DNA of 63,209 bases, filler included, from Rozella allomycis CSF55 (taxonomy: Eukaryota): assembly GCA_000442015.1 (NCBI GenBank). It is 6 parts of 6 records of this genome, joined end to end, with 100 filler letters (N's around TTAATTAATTAA, not from the genome) between each part and the next. Parts side by side here need not be neighbours in the genome. Positions count along the whole stretch, not along the records: positions 41,409 to 51,912 come from KE560854.1; positions 52,013 to 62,099 come from KE560861.1; positions 62,200 to 63,209 come from KE560871.1; 3 more parts are not named here. One strand, written 5' to 3'. The first letter of the stretch is position 1. The number at the start of each line of letters is the position of its first letter. The notes below the pieces were generated by a model, which saw nothing but the letters and a program-made list of their open reading frames with translations, made no database searches and was not told where the DNA came from. The translations under genes were made by a program, and so were the position numbers. This document shows, one piece after another, positions 50,784 through 63,066 of this stretch.

Positions 50784-51485
50784 TATTTGCCACTTTCTAC
50801 CTTCCGAGGAGTAGCAAAATATCTATTAAATCAGGTTGAATGAAATACCTTAGCTGTATATTCTTTACCGCAGCCAACAACAATCATTTGAGGTAAAAAT
50901 TTATTATCGCACCAGGACACGCAAAATTGACCATCTATTTCTCGTTGAGTGGTGCAAATCTCAATTTCATCCATTAACGTCCAATGTGATGCATTCATCG
51001 GATCTATTGCTTCATAAATTCTAACAAATCCATCAGTTGAGCATGTTGCGATTTTAAAACCAAGATGTACGGGAGAAAATGCAATATCTTGAATAGCTCC
51101 CCTGCTGTCAACCAGACGAGCCCTTTCTATCCATCTTTTATTTTTTGAAGAGGCTATTGATTAATATACATAATTTGTTACTGTTTTGATTTTCTTCCCA
51201 TATCCTTACGGTTCTATCCAAAGAGGAAGTGGCAATAACATTTCCAAATTCAGGGTCTGCCCATTTGATTTTCAAAACTGAGCTATCATGAGCCTTTCTG
51301 TGAAAACCAAAAATAAAGTTTACGTGCCATTCATGATTCAAAATCCACTCATTGAGGGAATCGTCATAATCAAAAACTTTTACTTTCTGGTCGCTAGAGC
51401 AAGTAGCTATCCTACGACAATAATAGTCGAAAGAAATGTCGTGTATCAAATCATCGTGTTTTGGCTTAAAGTTTGTTAAAGTCAT
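50354..51485 (-). CDS. SEH1: Nucleoporin/GATOR2 WD40 protein Seh1
   Basis: HDDLIHDISFDYYCRRIATCSSDQKVKVFD, WADPEFGNVIA, WAPNFGRSYELIATACKD, VWRVSWNTVGTILSTSGDD. Confidence 0.93.
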
Positions 51486-51508
51486 TTGAGAATTTTTCAC
51501 GTTGTCGA

Positions 51509-51912
51509 ATGAATGATTTTCTTCAGACTGTGAAAACTTCAGTTGAAAGAAATGATGGTTTAACACTAGCTTCTTGTTTCTCTCTTCTAGATTTAAATTT
51601 CCCTTCATTTTTAGAGTTACGAAAAGGTTATATGGGGACAAAATACCATTCCATGAATGCCTCCCGGGTATATCAGCATGTTCAAAATAATTATGCTGAC
51701 ATCCGCAAAGTTTGTGAGGTAGTAAAGCCTTACGATGAAGTCTTGTCTTCTTTTCTTCTTGTCATCAGAGAATTGCGAAGCAATGATGCATTGAAGTTGT
51801 ATAAAGAGATGTCGAATGCCGTGCAGTAAATAGCTTTCACATTTATAAGGCAGGAATTTTCACAAGCTTTTTACAAACAGTGAAACTGGGTGGGAAGTAC
51901 CCGTATTGAAGG
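51509..51912 (+). CDS. PCI-domain protein N-terminus (PCID2/Csn12-like), truncated by gap
   Basis: MNDFLQTVKTSVERNDGLTLA...PYDEV...AVQNFHKLF...WEVPVL resembles the PCID2/Csn12 N-terminus. Confidence 0.6.
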
Positions 51913-52012
51913 NNNNNNNNNNNNNNNNNNNNNNNNNNNNNNNNNNNNNNNNNNNNTTAATTAATTAANNNNNNNNNNNNNNNNNNNNNNNNNNNNNNNN
52001 NNNNNNNNNNNN
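51913..52012. other. Artificial contig linker
   Basis: N44-TTAATTAATTAA-N44. Confidence 0.97.
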
Positions 52013-54009
52013 ATACTAGAAAATAAAGTTGCCTTGACGTATTTTCAGGAATTCATGAAGTCGAGTAAGCAACAGCAAGACATTCTAGCAATTTACTTTG
52101 ATTGTGATTCATTTTTGAGCCAAAAAGAGATAACAAGGGAAGAATGTGAAAATCTGATAAAGAAATTAGAATTGAGGGCAGAGACCCTCGCGATTGTGCT
52201 TGATGCTATTCCAAGATTGAAATATTTTTTGAATGAAAAGAAAGAAGAGGAATTTAAAATGCAAGTTGCGACAATCAAACAATTTGTATTCCAATCAATG
52301 GAAGATGAAGACGCTCAATCATTTTTTGCTACAGATTTGTATTATCGATATTTAAGTAATCCTGAAGAACAATTAAATTCTTATCATGTTAATGTTAAAA
52401 CATCGCCATCTGTCACAGATCTACGTTCTGAATCTGAATTTGTAGACGAGGATTTAGTTGAAGCTGTTGAAAACAAGTTGGGTGAAATTATTCAGTTGAA
52501 ACCACATGAAAATCATTTTGATAATTTAAGCGATAGAGAATCTTCTACAGAAAACGACGACTTGAAGCAGAGAAAGGAATTACACGAATTAGAAGAGAAC
52601 TTGGATAATTTAAAGCAAGAAATGAGCGTTGTTAAAACCTTAATAGAAAGAGCTCAAAGAAGGAAAAGTGTAAAGGAAGAAAACGTTCTGAGGAAAAGCT
52701 TAACTTCTCTAGAGAGCGAATATAGAATATTGTCGTTCCAAAAAGATCAATTAGCCATTGAAGAATCTGAAAATACCTTTACCCCTGTATGAAATTTACA
52801 ATTATATTGACAAGGGTTGTTTTGATGTATTTATCCCGTCGTTTTCAATTACAAAAGATGAAGTAGGGAAGGAATATGCTCTCTTTACTATTGAAATTAA
52901 TAAATTAGATAAACAAGACCCTTCAAAAATAGTTGGAGGGTGGCTTATCTTTAGGCGTTATTCTGAATTCTTTGCATTGGATCAGAAACTTCGATTATTA
53001 TTCCCAATTGTTTCTGACTATAATCTTCCTCAAAAATCTGTAAAGAATTTGTTCAAATTACCCGTTTCTTTTGTGGAAGAAAGAAGAATGAACTTGGAGC
53101 TTTACTTGAAAGTATTCATTAAAGAGTGTTTATTTAGAAATTATCATCAAATTTGGAAATCTGCACAAGTTCCGAATTCAAGTCATTTATGTGCAACCAA
53201 CAATTAAGGGATGAAATTCAAATTCCAGAAAAAAGAGCTTCATTGAAAAATTCATTAAAATCCATTATAAGTACTTTGAAGAGAAAATCTGATGCTTCTT
53301 CAATCCACGAGACGGAAAGTATTCCTCAGAGTCCAGGTAGGATACAACGGATTCTATCAAGGGCTGCATCTCCAATTTCTTCTGACCATTCGTCAAAGAT
53401 AATGGAAGCTGTAAATGATGAAATGAGTGATCAACCATTGCGCCCAAACTACTCCCTTCCTGTAACCCCTGCTGTGGCAGAACCTATTTGCGATTTGTTT
53501 ATCGAATTATTTGAACTGAAAGATAAAAATAGATGGCTAAGAAGAAACGCCGTTACAATAATTCTTCAACAGTTCCTGGGAGGGACAATTGAAAGAAAAG
53601 TCATTGAAAACATAAAATATTTAACAGATGATGAAATGCTTAGTTTCTATTTGACTCAATTTTCTGAATCATTTTGGCCAAATGGGCATTTATATGAAAC
53701 GCACAATAAAAGAACTGAAGAACAAATGCAGAAAACTAAGCTTGAAGTTCAACACAAACTCATCTCCCTATTTCCAGGTAATTCTGCGTTTTAATTATTT
53801 TTGAAATTCTAGGCGGAATGGTCGGTAGACATAATGCAAAGAAAGGAGCGGCCAGACTTTTTGATATCTTTCAATCTGAAGATTTAAACAAACATATTCT
53901 ATATTCGTTACTGGACGACATTTTGTTGACTTTGTTTCCTGAAATAGACTGGAATCTATTAAAGAAATCGCTAATTTCCCCCTGTGTTGGAAAGAGGGCC
54001 TCTATTAGA
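52013..54009 (+). CDS. C-terminal half (RGS-PX-PXC) of Mdm1/SNX13/14/25-type sorting nexin
   Basis: LTYFQEFM (RGS), GWLIFRRYSEFFALDQKL..EERRMNLELYL (PX), ELFELKDKNRWLRR..QQFLGGTIERK..FWPNG..LNKHILY (Nexin_C). Confidence 0.85.
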
Positions 54010-54010
54010 N

Positions 54011-55070
54011 TACGTATTGATATCAGACACTTTCTTTCCATTTATTAAATCATCTTTGCGATGGTTTTGAATTTGAATTCTCCACTTTCTTATTTCAGCC
54101 ACCAAGTGATTCCGTATTCTTTTAGCATCTTCAACGCTACTACATTGTTTTATCACCTTTAAAAATTCATCAAAAGTCTATTATATTGATTTAAAGAGAA
54201 TTACTTTAGGCTTTCTGCCTGGATTGCTTGAAGTTGTGAACATTGGTCTTTCCAGTGCTTCCCTCAACTTCTTAACCATCCTTAAATCCTCAATTGCTCG
54301 GGTTGCCTTTAAAAACTTTAATCGTTATTTACGAATGTATCAATTGTTTGATTAATATAGTCTGGATCTGATAGTGTCTTAATAATCGGATGCAAAATGT
54401 TGCACACCAACACTTCTCTTAAAATAGTACTCACTATATCACTGCCATTTTCTAAATCAGGAAGGATGAATGGTAGAATCGATTTAACAACTGCCCTTAA
54501 ATAGTTCTTTTCAGTATCTTCATCGTGTCTAACGGCCTGATGAAGTTCTCCATTTTTATATCTTTGGAGAAGAATAAATTCAAATTGATTAATGCTCTTT
54601 GGTTGTACTACTGTCACTGTTCGCGAGGCCGCTTCCGCCTTTTTATATTCTTGTAAATGTTCCATAGCCAAAGGTACAACTTGGGCAGCTACAAAGTTCA
54701 CAAGATCAAACTTTTCGATTCTTAATTTCAATTGATACAAAGAAAGCAACATGCCTCTATACGTCCTTATAGATATCGAAGTATTTTTTGGTGACACAAT
54801 GGATGTCCATGAATCAATAAAATCTCTCTTTATATAAGATAATATTCTAGTAAAACTAACTTGAATGCTTGGTTGAATAAACCATTCAATCATAGGTAGT
54901 GGAGGCTCATTTCGAAGCTCCTGTGAAACAAATTGTAAGCCGGGATCAAAAAGCGCTGTCGTCGGAGGCCGATATTTTTTGTTATTTTCTGTTTTAGTTT
55001 CTGCTTGTATCAGCACCTTGTAAACCAGGAATCCAATAAACAAACCAAAGAGTATTAAATCGCCAGCCAT
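54011..55070 (-). CDS. N-terminal half (TM-PXA) of Mdm1/SNX14-type sorting nexin
   Basis: TM leader; YIKRDFIDSW, EKNYLRAVVKSILPFILP, LREVLVCNILHPIIKTLSDPDYINQ (PXA); IKQCSSVEDAKRIRN. Runs into N54010. Confidence 0.85.
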
Positions 55071-55485
55071 CTGGAAATTTCAAAGCGAAAGAAAAAAAAA
55101 TTGGTAGGTTGGTTTACTCTTTAGTTTTCTTTTTCAAGTGATGAAACAGTGTGCCAATGTGAGAGTCTTATTAGAATAAGACTTTGTGATGGTATATCCT
55201 TTTGCCCTGATGTTATTTTTCGCGCTATGTCATTTTGTGAATTGCTAACCCTAGGTTAGAAATTATTAGAAGTTAGATAAAGATTATAAATATATACATA
55301 TTTATTACTTTGTTTGACTTAATTCTGTAGTATTTTGGTAAAATTTTCCGATTTCCTTGCAAGATTAGTAAAGTCGCATGATCTCTTAATTTTATTAGCA
55401 AAAACGTCGACTGTAACACTGTCTGTCTGTCCAGGCTGCGGTTTAAAACAGAAAACGAATTTTCTACATCTTTTGTCCCCTTATT

Positions 55486-58247
55486 ATGACTTGGTCTTAC
55501 TTTATTGCCACTGTTATTGAAAATCTGGAACAGGAAGAGTTGAAAGAAGTAATTATTAAAAAGTTTGCACCGTAACCTGCCATCTCATATCAGAGTGTAG
55601 GAAATACATCAAAAGCAAGGATAATCTGGTGATGTTTGCGATGAAAATACTTTTTTGTGACATTACAGGCACACACAATGTAGATCTAAATAACAAACGT
55701 GTCACTTTTGAGATTCAAACACACGAATTTCCGTTTCCGAGACATCTCCTAAAATGTGCCATCCCAGAGGATGATGAATTATTCATTATATCCTTGAGTG
55801 AACCAGCCGATTTGTTCTTTATCAGTCGCAACATTGACCAATCGAGCTTGGCAGATCATTTTATTGACTGTCGAAACCTCAAAGTTAGGTTTGATCATTT
55901 TTTAGAAATAATACCCTTTGTTTTTTACCTTGAAGATTATAACGAATATGTGTTCCGTATATATTTAGGGCCTTGTGAAATTCAACAATCAGTTGTCGAT
56001 ATTGGTCAGGAACTTGTGTGGCAGGAACTTACCGACACAGATTTCTTAATCCCAAAAGGAATTTATTTTTTGATGCAGTAAACCATTTCGCCTATTTATA
56101 TGAAGGTTTCAAAGATCCCCCAAGAAAGATTCACGGGGTACCTGGAGAGCTTAGACGCTATCTCCGAGCAATCTTTGTTTGTCAATTTGTCCTCCATTAT
56201 TTTTGCCGATGATGTGAATAGGGACGCATCTCTAGCTCACGTGAAATGGGCTATAGAAACTGATGGAGAATTGCCAACAGAGGAGCTTGAAAATATTTTT
56301 AACAGGATTGAGTCTAAGCAATCACAGTGTGTGGCTAACATGAGAAACTTGTACAATGCTGAAGTTCATCAGGTGATGACTGACTATCTGGTTCCGAGCC
56401 TTGTCGAAGTCAAATATGAAATTGTATTGCAGAAACTCACGGAAGTGAACGCATCAGAGTTTTTTAGTACTTTCTATGGCGATGTACTTGAGTCGGGTAT
56501 AGAAAAACAAAATGACATGAGGGCTTTCTTAACGTATCTTGCCAAATTGTACGTTGATGTTAATTCTAGGATAGGTCCAAAATAAGTCAAATGAATTTAT
56601 TTGCAAACAAAAAGGAGAGATTGGAATGCACTTATGTGGTTCAGGTCATTGCTCCTGTGATTGATGAGCTTATGTTGTCATTGACTAACGAGAATTTGTC
56701 ATACGACAGGTAATAACAAGATTGGGATAATATTAAGGGGTGAAAAACTGATACGGAAATCTCGAATATCAGGGGGAAACACAAAGAAGGCTGATCTCTT
56801 AGTCCAACTTTTTGGGGAAGATTTGGTTGTCGGTGAAGACAAGGCGGTCCAATCAGACGAATTTAAACTCGCAAAAAAATTAAAGGATTGTCTTTTATCT
56901 TGGTATTCCAACGTAGAAACCGAATGGAAAGACTTGCCCATGACATTTGGCTATCGTTCGTGGGGAAGCAACATAAAGCTATATTGTGCCAAATGGGCCT
57001 TTAAAGATTTTATTGTAGTGACGTGCCTTGATGAGGTTCAGTTAAGCCTTGATCCTTCTGTCTCTATGAACTGGCTGAGGACAAACATTAAAGCCTTTTT
57101 AAAATGCATTGCATTTAGAGTAATTATTATTAAAATGAACTAAATAGAATCTCATTCGAAAAACTGTTTGTGCAATTCAAAACGTCAAACCCAGAGAGAC
57201 AGATTTAGCAATTTCAAATGTGTTTCCAACTGCCACACGTGGCAAACCCATCCCTAGAGCCAACTTTGAAGCGCGATCTGATTTGTCGAAAACCACATCG
57301 CTGTTGTTCTCTAAAACTAAAATATCATCATCTGAAGCGGCGACTAACTCTAACCAGGAGATCATAGCGTACCTTTTGTCAAAGGTATCAAAACATTGTT
57401 TTTGTTTATTAGGGAGCTAATAACATAGAATCTTTCTCTACATTAAATAGTTACGTATACATTACCAAACATGCAGTGGAGTGTCAGGAAAGGTTCCAGA
57501 CGTTGAGTCAAGACATTCCAACATTAATCTTGCCAACCAGCGTGTTTAAATACGAGAATAACGCATACATGTATACAGGCGTAAAACCTGTGCGCGATTT
57601 GAAATTACAATATAAGGACATTGTTAATATAATGCGACAAGCCTTACTCGTAACTTTGGTAGGGCAAAATAATACAGGCACTTGCCAAAATTCAATCTCA
57701 CGGATACATGTATTTGAATATTACACGGGACACATTGTTAATTGATTCAATGAAGATCATCTACTTTATTGACGGGTGTTTTCTAAATCCCGTGGACGAT
57801 TTGTTTTGCATCTATGAGCCACGGGTAAATTTAAATTCTCATTGCAGGGCTAAATTTTTACGTAAATAATATCCATATTTTACATCAGGGTTATGGCAAT
57901 CAAGAGGTGTCTTAGATTTTACACAAAGTCACCACAATCCAATTGTTCATTATGTGTCCCCAGCCATGGATGTGTTTCTGTTTGGAATATGCTTCTTAGA
58001 AATCATTAGTTCTCAAATGGGAAAAGATAGTTCGTTGAACTCGCTCACGTATAATGCGATGATCAATGTCCATAAATCATGTTGCGCAGCGGCAAGTGAT
58101 GCCGATTGCCAAAAAGCGTTGCGAGTGGTTGGTGGCTGTTTGGATAAAGATCCTGCTTCTAGAAAGACCATTAATGTTTTATTAGATTGGCTTGACGCTG
58201 AGTCTACCTTCAGTAGTATGGAATCTATTGCCGCACATAATAAATAA
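55486..58247 (+). CDS. Multi-exon protein with PD-(D/E)xK REase-like domain and C-terminal pseudokinase (Crinkler/CR-effector-like)
   Basis: ECTYVVQVIAPV..RGE..KKADLLV..DLVVGEDK..DEFKLAKKLKD, then LAKIQSHGYMYLNI, SPAMDVFLFGICFLEI, CLDKDPASRKT. Exon structure of the 5' third is unresolved. Confidence 0.55.
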
Positions 58248-58656
58248 ATATATAACTTTATCGATTCACTGTATTATATGATACCTTGTCATTGCAGTTA
58301 GTTTAAAGCAGTTAGTTTAACAAATAGGAAAATAGGCTCAATAGTATTCGATCGATACATCTCTACAAACTAAAAGAACTTCTCTTAAGTTGTTTAGTTT
58401 AAATCGGTAGTATGTATATATTTAATATTTTAAAACAACCGGCGTTGATCGTGTAGTTTTAAATAGTATCTATTAGATAGCTCTCAATCGTAGTTCTTGC
58501 ACTTTCTGTTCTTTGTGACCCGTGCGTGGCATTTCAAGAATCAAATGAAATTATTGAAGCAAATTCTACCTAGTTAAACTCTCTTCGCAGGTGCCAGGTA
58601 CATATCCGGAACCTCCAAATACCACTAAAATTATTCATATTCACAAGATTTCATGT

Positions 58657-59519
58657 TTATTCGCTTTCTGCAGATAATAATATGTACATACGCCTGTCGA
58701 GGAGGTACCTGTCTATTAGCAAACTCCTAATTCTATTCTTTTCTAGCGTGCTCATCATAATCTTGTTGTAATTTTCGCTTTCATCATAGTAAAATGATGG
58801 GTATTTCTTAATAAGAGTGTTTTTGTCCTGTTGTATAGTAGTCTCAAATTCTACTTTGTTTTCAATTACCATTGGTTTAATAGCTTCGTGATTCGTTATG
58901 ATTTCGGATTTACTATCTGTAGCTAAGGTGTCATCACTCTTATCATTCAATTCACTAAATGCACTTTTTCCTAATTTATGGGGCTGTACGACGCCAGCAT
59001 CAATACTTTTAGGTGCGCTTGATACTTGATTGCTCTCCTCTGACGTTAAGCGATAATTGCCGCTGACTTTTGATAAGGTTACAGTACATTTGAAGGAGAC
59101 TACTTTGGTCCTTAGTCCCCTCTCTTTCCATAAAGTAATGGATTCTTCGCTTAACATCTCTTAAAAATAATGATAAGTACATTACCTTATTAGCAAATTC
59201 AGCAAGCCTAATCTCCCAAACTTGAAGTACGTCATCCCCAAGAAGAATCATGATCCACAGCTTGGAGTTTTGTATTTCTTTGTATATTTGATCATTTAAT
59301 GGGAATTTACATGATTTTCCATGAATTCCATCCTTTTGATTAATGTTTAGTGAAACTTAACCATGAATACTGATCTTGTTTACCAGATGGAAACAGTTCG
59401 GTGAAATTGATTACCAGCTTTAAATTGTCGGCCACGTTACTTATTTCTTTAATTAAAAGCTTCAATTCCCATCTAAGAATTCATTTGTCACACAATTCTT
59501 ACATACTTTCTTCGTGCAT
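58657..59519 (-). CDS. Hypothetical protein with N-terminal C2-like (DUF4497/MAP10-like) domain; 3' end uncertain
   Basis: Spliced reading FTELFPSVSL..IHGKSCKFPL..IQNSKLWIMILL resembles the F.DFP...GKSCLF pattern. Three micro-introns in the 5' part. Confidence 0.4.
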
Positions 59520-59627
59520 ACTTTAACGGGGAAGATTAAACCAAAACATTGCAACAATTCTAAAAATTTAAAACTCCTTGGTTTGATAACATATAAAATT
59601 AATTATTAACTCTTCTATTTATTTTTA

Positions 59628-60557
59628 CTATGGTTCAATTATTTGGAAAGGTACGCTGTATTTTTGAAATATTTTCTTTGATCGTATTACAAATTCTACG
59701 CTGTAGTAAATACAAACTCGTTGTGTATCAATGGATTTAATCCAATTCTTTGGTAAATTTGCGAAAAATCTGGTCTGATTAGTTAAATTTGATCCAATCT
59801 TTGGCATTTTAGATTTGACATTCAATTTTCTTTTAAGACATTCTTTTTCGGAATTTGGAGCATTATTTTTAATAAGGATATATTGTACGAGCTTAATTTT
59901 TTGAATTTTGATGGATTCTGTAGGGAAAAAGTTACTAGCTGTAAGGACAAATGAAATTTGCGAGCCCGGCAAGAGCTTTCGTTTTTCAAAATTCATTGAT
60001 ACAATAACGGGGAAATCTTGACTGCATATTCTTTTGGGTGAAATATTTTCTACATTTAAAATTTCAAAGTTTCTATTGTCATGTTCGCCAATTTTTGCGT
60101 CAACTTTCTTGCAGATATTACGCCAAAGAAAGCCTGCTCTTTCGACGTATAATTTGAAGTATACTTTTCTTTTGATAGATATTATCTTCATCGGAGAAAA
60201 CGTTCGGCCACAAAATGGAAGAACAAAAATTGAAGAAGATCTATTCACAGCCATTTTCTGGAATGTGGGCGAGCATCTCCAACCAGTGGTATCAATTGTC
60301 AAAGTCCCACTGTACTTTCCTGGAAGAGTGCTTCCCTGTGTTATACAGCCAGAAAAATCAAAATATGCTATTGTGTTTTTATGTTTTGTTTCGTCTTTTT
60401 TGGTTTTATGCAAGAATGTAATATTTTCTTTCTCGACCAAGCTCAGGGAGATTCTTTTAACTTTCTTTAATTTCTTTTTTACAAATATCGAAAAAGGAAT
60501 GTTGTAAACTTGTTCTGGAGCGAAAATAGGCATATATGAGAATTCCAAGCTCGCCAT
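59628..60557 (-). CDS. Arrestin-fold protein (intronless, basic)
   Basis: LPGKY..SPTF..VYFKLYVERAG (N-lobe); KRKLLPGSQISFVLTASN..IKLVQYI..IYYSVEF (C-lobe). Confidence 0.6.
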   Translation of the reverse strand: MASLEFSYMPIFAPEQVYNIPFSIFVKKKLKKVKRISLSLVEKENITFLHKTKKDETKHKNTIAYFDFSGCITQGSTLPGKYSGTLTIDTTGWRCSPTFQKMAVNRSSSIFVLPFCGRTFSPMKIISIKRKVYFKLYVERAGFLWRNICKKVDAKIGEHDNRNFEILNVENISPKRICSQDFPVIVSMNFEKRKLLPGSQISFVLTASNFFPTESIKIQKIKLVQYILIKNNAPNSEKECLKRKLNVKSKMPKIGSNLTNQTRFFANLPKNWIKSIDTQRVCIYYSVEFVIRSKKIFQKYSVPFQIIEP

Positions 60558-60725
60558 ATAAAAAATAGTGGCTGAGCAGAATAACTTTATTTTTAGTGGC
60601 GCGTATTTGGAGATATTTCGGGAAAGAAGTATTTCTGACTCTTGAAAATCTGACAGTGCAAATGAATAAAGTTGTCTAGAATATTTTTAATTCGAATTAT
60701 TTTGACTCGCTGTGGCTTATAATTT

Positions 60726-62099
60726 ATGTTTTTTGAAAGGAGTTTGGAATACCTTGGACTGCTCAAAAAGTTTGGAAAAACTACCGAAGTTGCCCAAGTC
60801 CTGTATTCCTTATCTAAAGACATGAAATTTTGTGACGACACAATCATTCTTGATTCATCATTTAACCCACCAACAATTTCACATTTCAATATGATCAAAG
60901 CAGCTATAGAGACCCAGACTAATCAAAATTTTAAAATCATGCTTGTTCATTCCTTGATTAACGCTGACAAGCCAAAAACTGCATTGATTGATACCTCCCG
61001 AAGGCTTTCATTGGTGGAAGCATTTGCACACGATATTAGCAAATACGCTTCTGAGGCTAAAATAAATGTATCAATCCAAATTGTGGCATGCAAAAAGGCA
61101 AAATTTGTCGAAAAATTTGATATTCCCTTGTTTAAGAATTCTACATGGGTTATTGGGGATGATACTGTAGAAAGAATCTTCAATTCAAAATACTATGCTG
61201 ATTTCCAAGAGTTTATTTTAAATATTACAAGCCAAATGGAGCAAAACCGTGTTAAAGTGTTTGTTATTGAAAGATCTTCATGCAATCCGCAAATACCAAG
61301 TTGTTTGAAAGAAAAATTCACTTTTATAGATTCCTGGGATGTACAGGCGAACAGCACAGTTTCATCTACACTAGTTCGCTCATTAACAGATGCTAGTAAA
61401 GTTGAGATGCTAATGCCTGAAGCAACATTTCAAGCTTACCGAAGATATCTATGCAGTTTTATGGAAATCGCTTTTAATGCAAGTGACCAGATGTATAAAG
61501 GGGTTTATCACGGTAAGCAGCAGCACCAAATAGATCTTGACAATGTTATTGAAAGGGCACTTGTTACAGGAGTTAATAAGATATTATTTACAGCTACGGA
61601 CGTTAACGATGTTATGGAGGGCATTGAATATCTTGAAAAGAATGATGCCAAAGGATATGCAAGAATCACGGCTGGGGTGCATCCTACCAACTGTAATGAA
61701 TTCATCGATTGTGAAGATTATTGTGCACAAAAGTTGAAAGAATTTTTTAGTCATCCATTAGTTGCTGCTGTTGGTGAATTTGGATTAGGTAAAGAAAGTT
61801 GATCAAAGTGAGGAAGACTACGATAGATTGCAGTTTTGTGACAAAGATGTCCAAATAAAATATTTCAAATTACAACTTGATCTGTTGCCCGAAGGAAATG
61901 AAAAGCCTCTATTTTTGCATTGCCGAAATGCATCTAAAGATTTACTAGCCATTCTTTCATCTTATAAAGCAAAATACAAATCAGGGGTCATTCATTCATT
62001 TGATGGTACATTGGAAGATGCATTAGAATTTATTAAACTTGGCTTCTTCATAGGGATCAATGGATGCTCTTTAAAGACTGAAGACAATTTGAAAGTCGT
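60726..62099 (+). CDS. Fusion of Pof1-like NMN adenylyltransferase (HxGH-type NTase) and TatD DNase, 3' truncated by gap
   Basis: ILDSSFNPPTISH, INADK, KFVEK, IGDDTVERIFNSKYY, SSTLVR. In the same frame: EIAFNASDQMYKGVYHGKQQH, AGVHP, VGEFGLDYDR (28-nt intron 61789-61816), PLFLHCR, GVIHSF, GINGCSLKT. Confidence 0.85.
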
Positions 62100-62199
62100 N
62101 NNNNNNNNNNNNNNNNNNNNNNNNNNNNNNNNNNNNNNNNNNNTTAATTAATTAANNNNNNNNNNNNNNNNNNNNNNNNNNNNNNNNNNNNNNNNNNNN
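62100..62199. other. Artificial contig linker
   Basis: N44-TTAATTAATTAA-N44. Confidence 0.97.
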
Positions 62200-63041
62200 T
62201 CATTTTCCATAGTTGGCCTTTTAAAAACTGTCGGCTGTAAGACCAGTTATACAATGAGTCTCGACGGACACATCTTGACTTCGACTACTGCTCCCTCTAC
62301 GACGACTAATAATTCAAAGATTATAATCATTAATTATTAAGCCGTTTTAATCTTTCAATATAACATTTAATTTGTAGAATTTCATAACAGTAAGATACCC
62401 TCGCGTACAACAGGCGTACTACNACTACTCTAGGGCGACCTATCGACACCTGATGGAGAGATTAGGTTGGACGACGAAGCGAGCTCAGTAATCTTTATAT
62501 GCTTTATTTCATAGGGACTATTTAAGAGCTGCTAGTAAACTAAAGGAAGCCTGCCAAGGTCATGGGCTAGACCTTCTATTAATACCTATCAAGTGGGTAT
62601 ATGTAATGACTAACGCTAATCCAGAGAGGCGTGAGAGGCTTTTAACAACTGAAATTAATATTCACCAAAGCAATGTTTTACGTGACTACTTGGGTCAGAA
62701 CAATATTGAAGTTAACACAGACGGCCACTTCTCAATGACAATTAATAAATCATAATTCTTTATTGCAGTTACATTTTTGCTTAAATAGACATCGGAGTGT
62801 GTATGGCCTAAGGCGATTTTGGACCACGTAGGCGAATGATCACATAACCTAAACCCAACGCGTACTACACGCAGTACACCACGCGTGAGTCTCACGTAGG
62901 CGAATGATCACGTAAACTGAACCCGATGATTTTTTGGCATTAGGATCCGGTTTTTACTAATCTTTAAAAATATTTATATTAAAATATATATTATTTTACA
63001 TGACTAAGATGATAGATTCTATAAAACTAACCGTTTTTGAT

Positions 63042-63066
63042 AAAGGTGCCGTTTCGGCACCTTTTT
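63042..63066. other. Perfect 10-bp GC-rich hairpin followed by T-run
   Basis: AAAGGTGCCG-TTT-CGGCACCTTT-TT. Confidence 0.6.

Noticed and set aside
58542-58569. Possible further 28-nt GT..TG intron on the minus strand
   Set aside because: The pattern is present, but no recognisable protein homology fixes the reading frame, so it cannot be supported.
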